From: Tubiluchus corallicola
Taxonomy: Eukaryota > Animalia > Priapulida
Reading direction: 5' to 3'
DNA: 64,000 nt
Assembly: GCA_030141605.1 (NCBI GenBank)
Contig: JAQGDQ010001078.1
Location: 791-64,790 of the forward strand
The notes under the pieces are model-generated. The model saw nothing but the letters and a program-made list of their open reading frames with translations, was not told the DNA's origin and made no database searches. Positions 61,401 through 64,000 of the stretch are shown piece after piece. The position numbers were made by a program, and so were the translations under genes. Every line of letters starts with the position of its first letter. Position 1 is the stretch's first letter.

Positions 61401-64000
61401 ACAAAATAGTGTGTGTAGAGAGGGTCTGCTATTGATTATGTTTTCCACTATACAAAATAGTGTATGTAGAGAGGGCCTGCTATTGATTATGTTTTCCACT
61501 ATACAAAATAGTGTATGTAGAGAGGGTCTGCTATTGATTATGTTTTCCACTATACAAAATAGTGTATGTAGAGAGGGCCTGCTATTGATTATGTTTTCCA
61601 CTATACAAAATAGTGTATGTAGAGAGGGCCTGCTATTGATTATGTTTTCCACTATACAAAATAGTGTGTGTAGAGAGGGCCTGCTATTGATTATGTTTTC
61701 CACTATACGAAATAGTGTGTGTAAAGAGGGCCTGCTATTGATTATGTTTTCCACTATACGAAATAGTGTGTGTAAAGAGGGCCTGCTATTGATTATGTTT
61801 TCCACTATACGAAATAGTGTGTAGAGAGGGTCTGCTATTGATTATGTTTTCCACTATACAAAATAGTGTGTGTAGAGAGGGCTTGCTATTGATTATGTTT
61901 TCCACTATACAAAATAGTGTGTGTAAAGTGGGCCTGCTATTGATTATGTTTTCCACTATACAAAATAGTGTGTGTAAAGAGGGCCTGCTATTGATTATGT
62001 TTTCCACTATACAAAATAGTGTGTGTAGAGAGGGCCTGCTATTGATTATGTTTTCCACTATACGAAATAGTGTGTAGAGAGGGTCTGCTATTGATTATGT
62101 TTTCCACTATACAAAATAGTGTGTGTAGAGAGGGCCTGCTATTGATTATGTTTTCCACTATACAAAATAGTGTGTGTAGAGAGGGCCTGCTATTGATTAT
62201 GTTTTCCACTATACAAAATAGTGTGTGTAGAGAGGGCCTGCTATTGATTATGTTTTCCACTATACAAAATAGTGTGTGTAAGGGGCCTGCTATTGATTAT
62301 GTTTACTATACAAAATAGTGTGTGTAGAGAGGGCCTCTATTGATTATGTTTTCCACTATACGAAATAGTGTGTGTAGAGAGGGCCTGCTATTGATTATGT
62401 TTTCCACTATACGAAATAGTGTGTGTAGAGAGGGCCTGCTATTGATTATGTTTTCCACTATACAAAATAGTGTGTGTAGAGAGGGCCTGCTATTGATTAT
62501 GTTTTCCACTATACAAAATAGTGTGTGTAGAGAGGGCCTGCTATTGATTATGTTTTCCACTATACAAAATAGTGTGTGTAGAGAGGGCCTGCTATTGATT
62601 ATGTTTTCCACTATACAAAATAGTGTGTGTAGAGAGGGCCTGCTATTGATTATGTTTTCCACTATACAAAATAGTGTGTGTAGAGAGGGCCTGCTATTGA
62701 TTATGTTTTCCACTATACAAAATAGTGTGTGTAGAGAGGGCCTGCTATTGATTATGTTTTCCACTATACAAAATAGTGTGTGTAGAGAGGGCCTGCTATT
62801 GATTATGTTTTCCACTATACAAAATAGTGTGTGTAGAGAGGGTCTGCTATTGATTATGTTTTCCACTATACAAAATAGTGTGTGTAGAGAGGGCCTGCTA
62901 TTGATTATGTTTTCCACTATACAAAATAGTGTGTGTAGAGAGGGCCTGCTATTGATTATGTTTTCCACTATACAAAATAGTGTGTGTAGAGAGGGCCTGC
63001 TATTGATTATGTTTTCCACTATACAAAATAGTGTGTGTAGAGAGGGCCTGCTATTGATTATGTTTTCCACTATACAAAATAGTGTGTGTAGAGAGGGCCT
63101 GCTATTGATTATGTTTTCCACTATACAAAATAGTGTGTGTAGAGAGGGCCTGCTATTGATTATGTTTTCCACTATACAAAATAGTGTGTGTAGAGAGGGC
63201 CTGCTATTGATTATGTTTTCCACTATACAAAATAGTGTGTGTAAAGAGGGCCTGCTATTGATTATGTTTTCCACTATACAAAATAGTGTGTGTAGAGAGG
63301 GCCTGCTATTGATTATGTTTTCCACTATACAAAATAGTGTGTGTAGAGAGGGCCTGCTATTGATTATGTTTTCCACTATACGAAATAGTGTGTGTAGAGA
63401 GGGCCTGCTATTGATTATGTTTTCCACTATACGAAATAGTGTGTGTAAAGAGGGCCTGCTATTGATTATGTTTTCCACTATACGAAATAGTGTGTGTAAA
63501 GAGGGCCTGCTATTGATTATGTTTTCCACTATACGAAATAGTGTGTAGAGAGGGTCTGCTATTGATTATGTTTTCCACTATACAAAATAGTGTGTGTAGA
63601 GAGGGCCTGCTATTGATTATGTTTTCCACTATACAAAATAGTGTGTGTAAAGAGGGCCTGCTATTGATTATGTTTTCCACTATACAAAATAGTGTGTGTA
63701 AAGAGGGCCTGCTATTGATTATGTTTTCCACTATACAAAATAGTGTGTGTAAAGAGGGCCTGCTATTGATTATGTTTTCCACTATACAAAATAGTGTGTG
63801 TAGAGAGGGCCTGCTATTGATTATGTTTTCCACTATACGAAATAGTGAGTGTAGAGAGGGCCTGCTATTGATTATGCTTTCCACTATACGAAATAGTGTG
63901 TGTAGAGAGGGCCTGCTATTGATTATGTGTTCCACTATTCAAAATAGTGTGTGTAGAGAGGTCCTGCTATTGATTATGTTTTCCACTATACAAAATAGTG
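61372..64000. repeat. 51-bp satellite derived from BEL integrase coding sequence, more than 50 copies, runs off window end
   Basis: Unit encodes SLHTLFCIVENIINSRP, in frame with the integrase C-terminus. Confidence 0.97.

Noticed and set aside
61381-63935. Long ORFs of up to 407 aa on both strands as host genes
   Set aside because: They are products of the 51-bp array; recurrent 2-bp deletions break the frame.

Overview
AT-rich, repeat-dense genomic DNA from an animal, most likely a marine invertebrate (spliceosomal GT-AG introns, TTAGGG-type repeats, BEL/Kolobok/Helitron/hAT/CR1 debris). Most long ORFs in the supplied track are artefacts of tandem repeats. By splicing exons by hand on the minus strand I reconstructed two apparently intact genes: an 8-exon secreted pentraxin-domain gene (16188->12563, 353 aa) and an 8-exon CHST15-like (GalNAc4S-6ST) Golgi sulfotransferase (59198->43789, 407 aa). 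Two genes are damaged: an SLC10 Na+/bile-acid-symporter-family pseudogene (about 28.7-31.8 kb), and a secreted signal peptide-EGF-54-bp collagen exon-(DGYGKERGY)n gene (35.4-39.0 kb). The most notable observations: (1) a 51-bp satellite of at least 2.6 kb whose unit is 17 in-frame codons of a BEL/Pao integrase, still joined to the element's 3' end and LTR; (2) a possible pyroGlu...Tyr-amide peptide fused in front of a pentraxin domain with a non-canonical Ca-binding motif; (3) the EGF-collagen-Gly/Tyr polyampholyte architecture; (4) several minisatellites that each multimerise one transcription-factor motif (RFX X-box, AP-1, ETS, E-box). All family assignments come from motif recognition by eye; no database searches were run.
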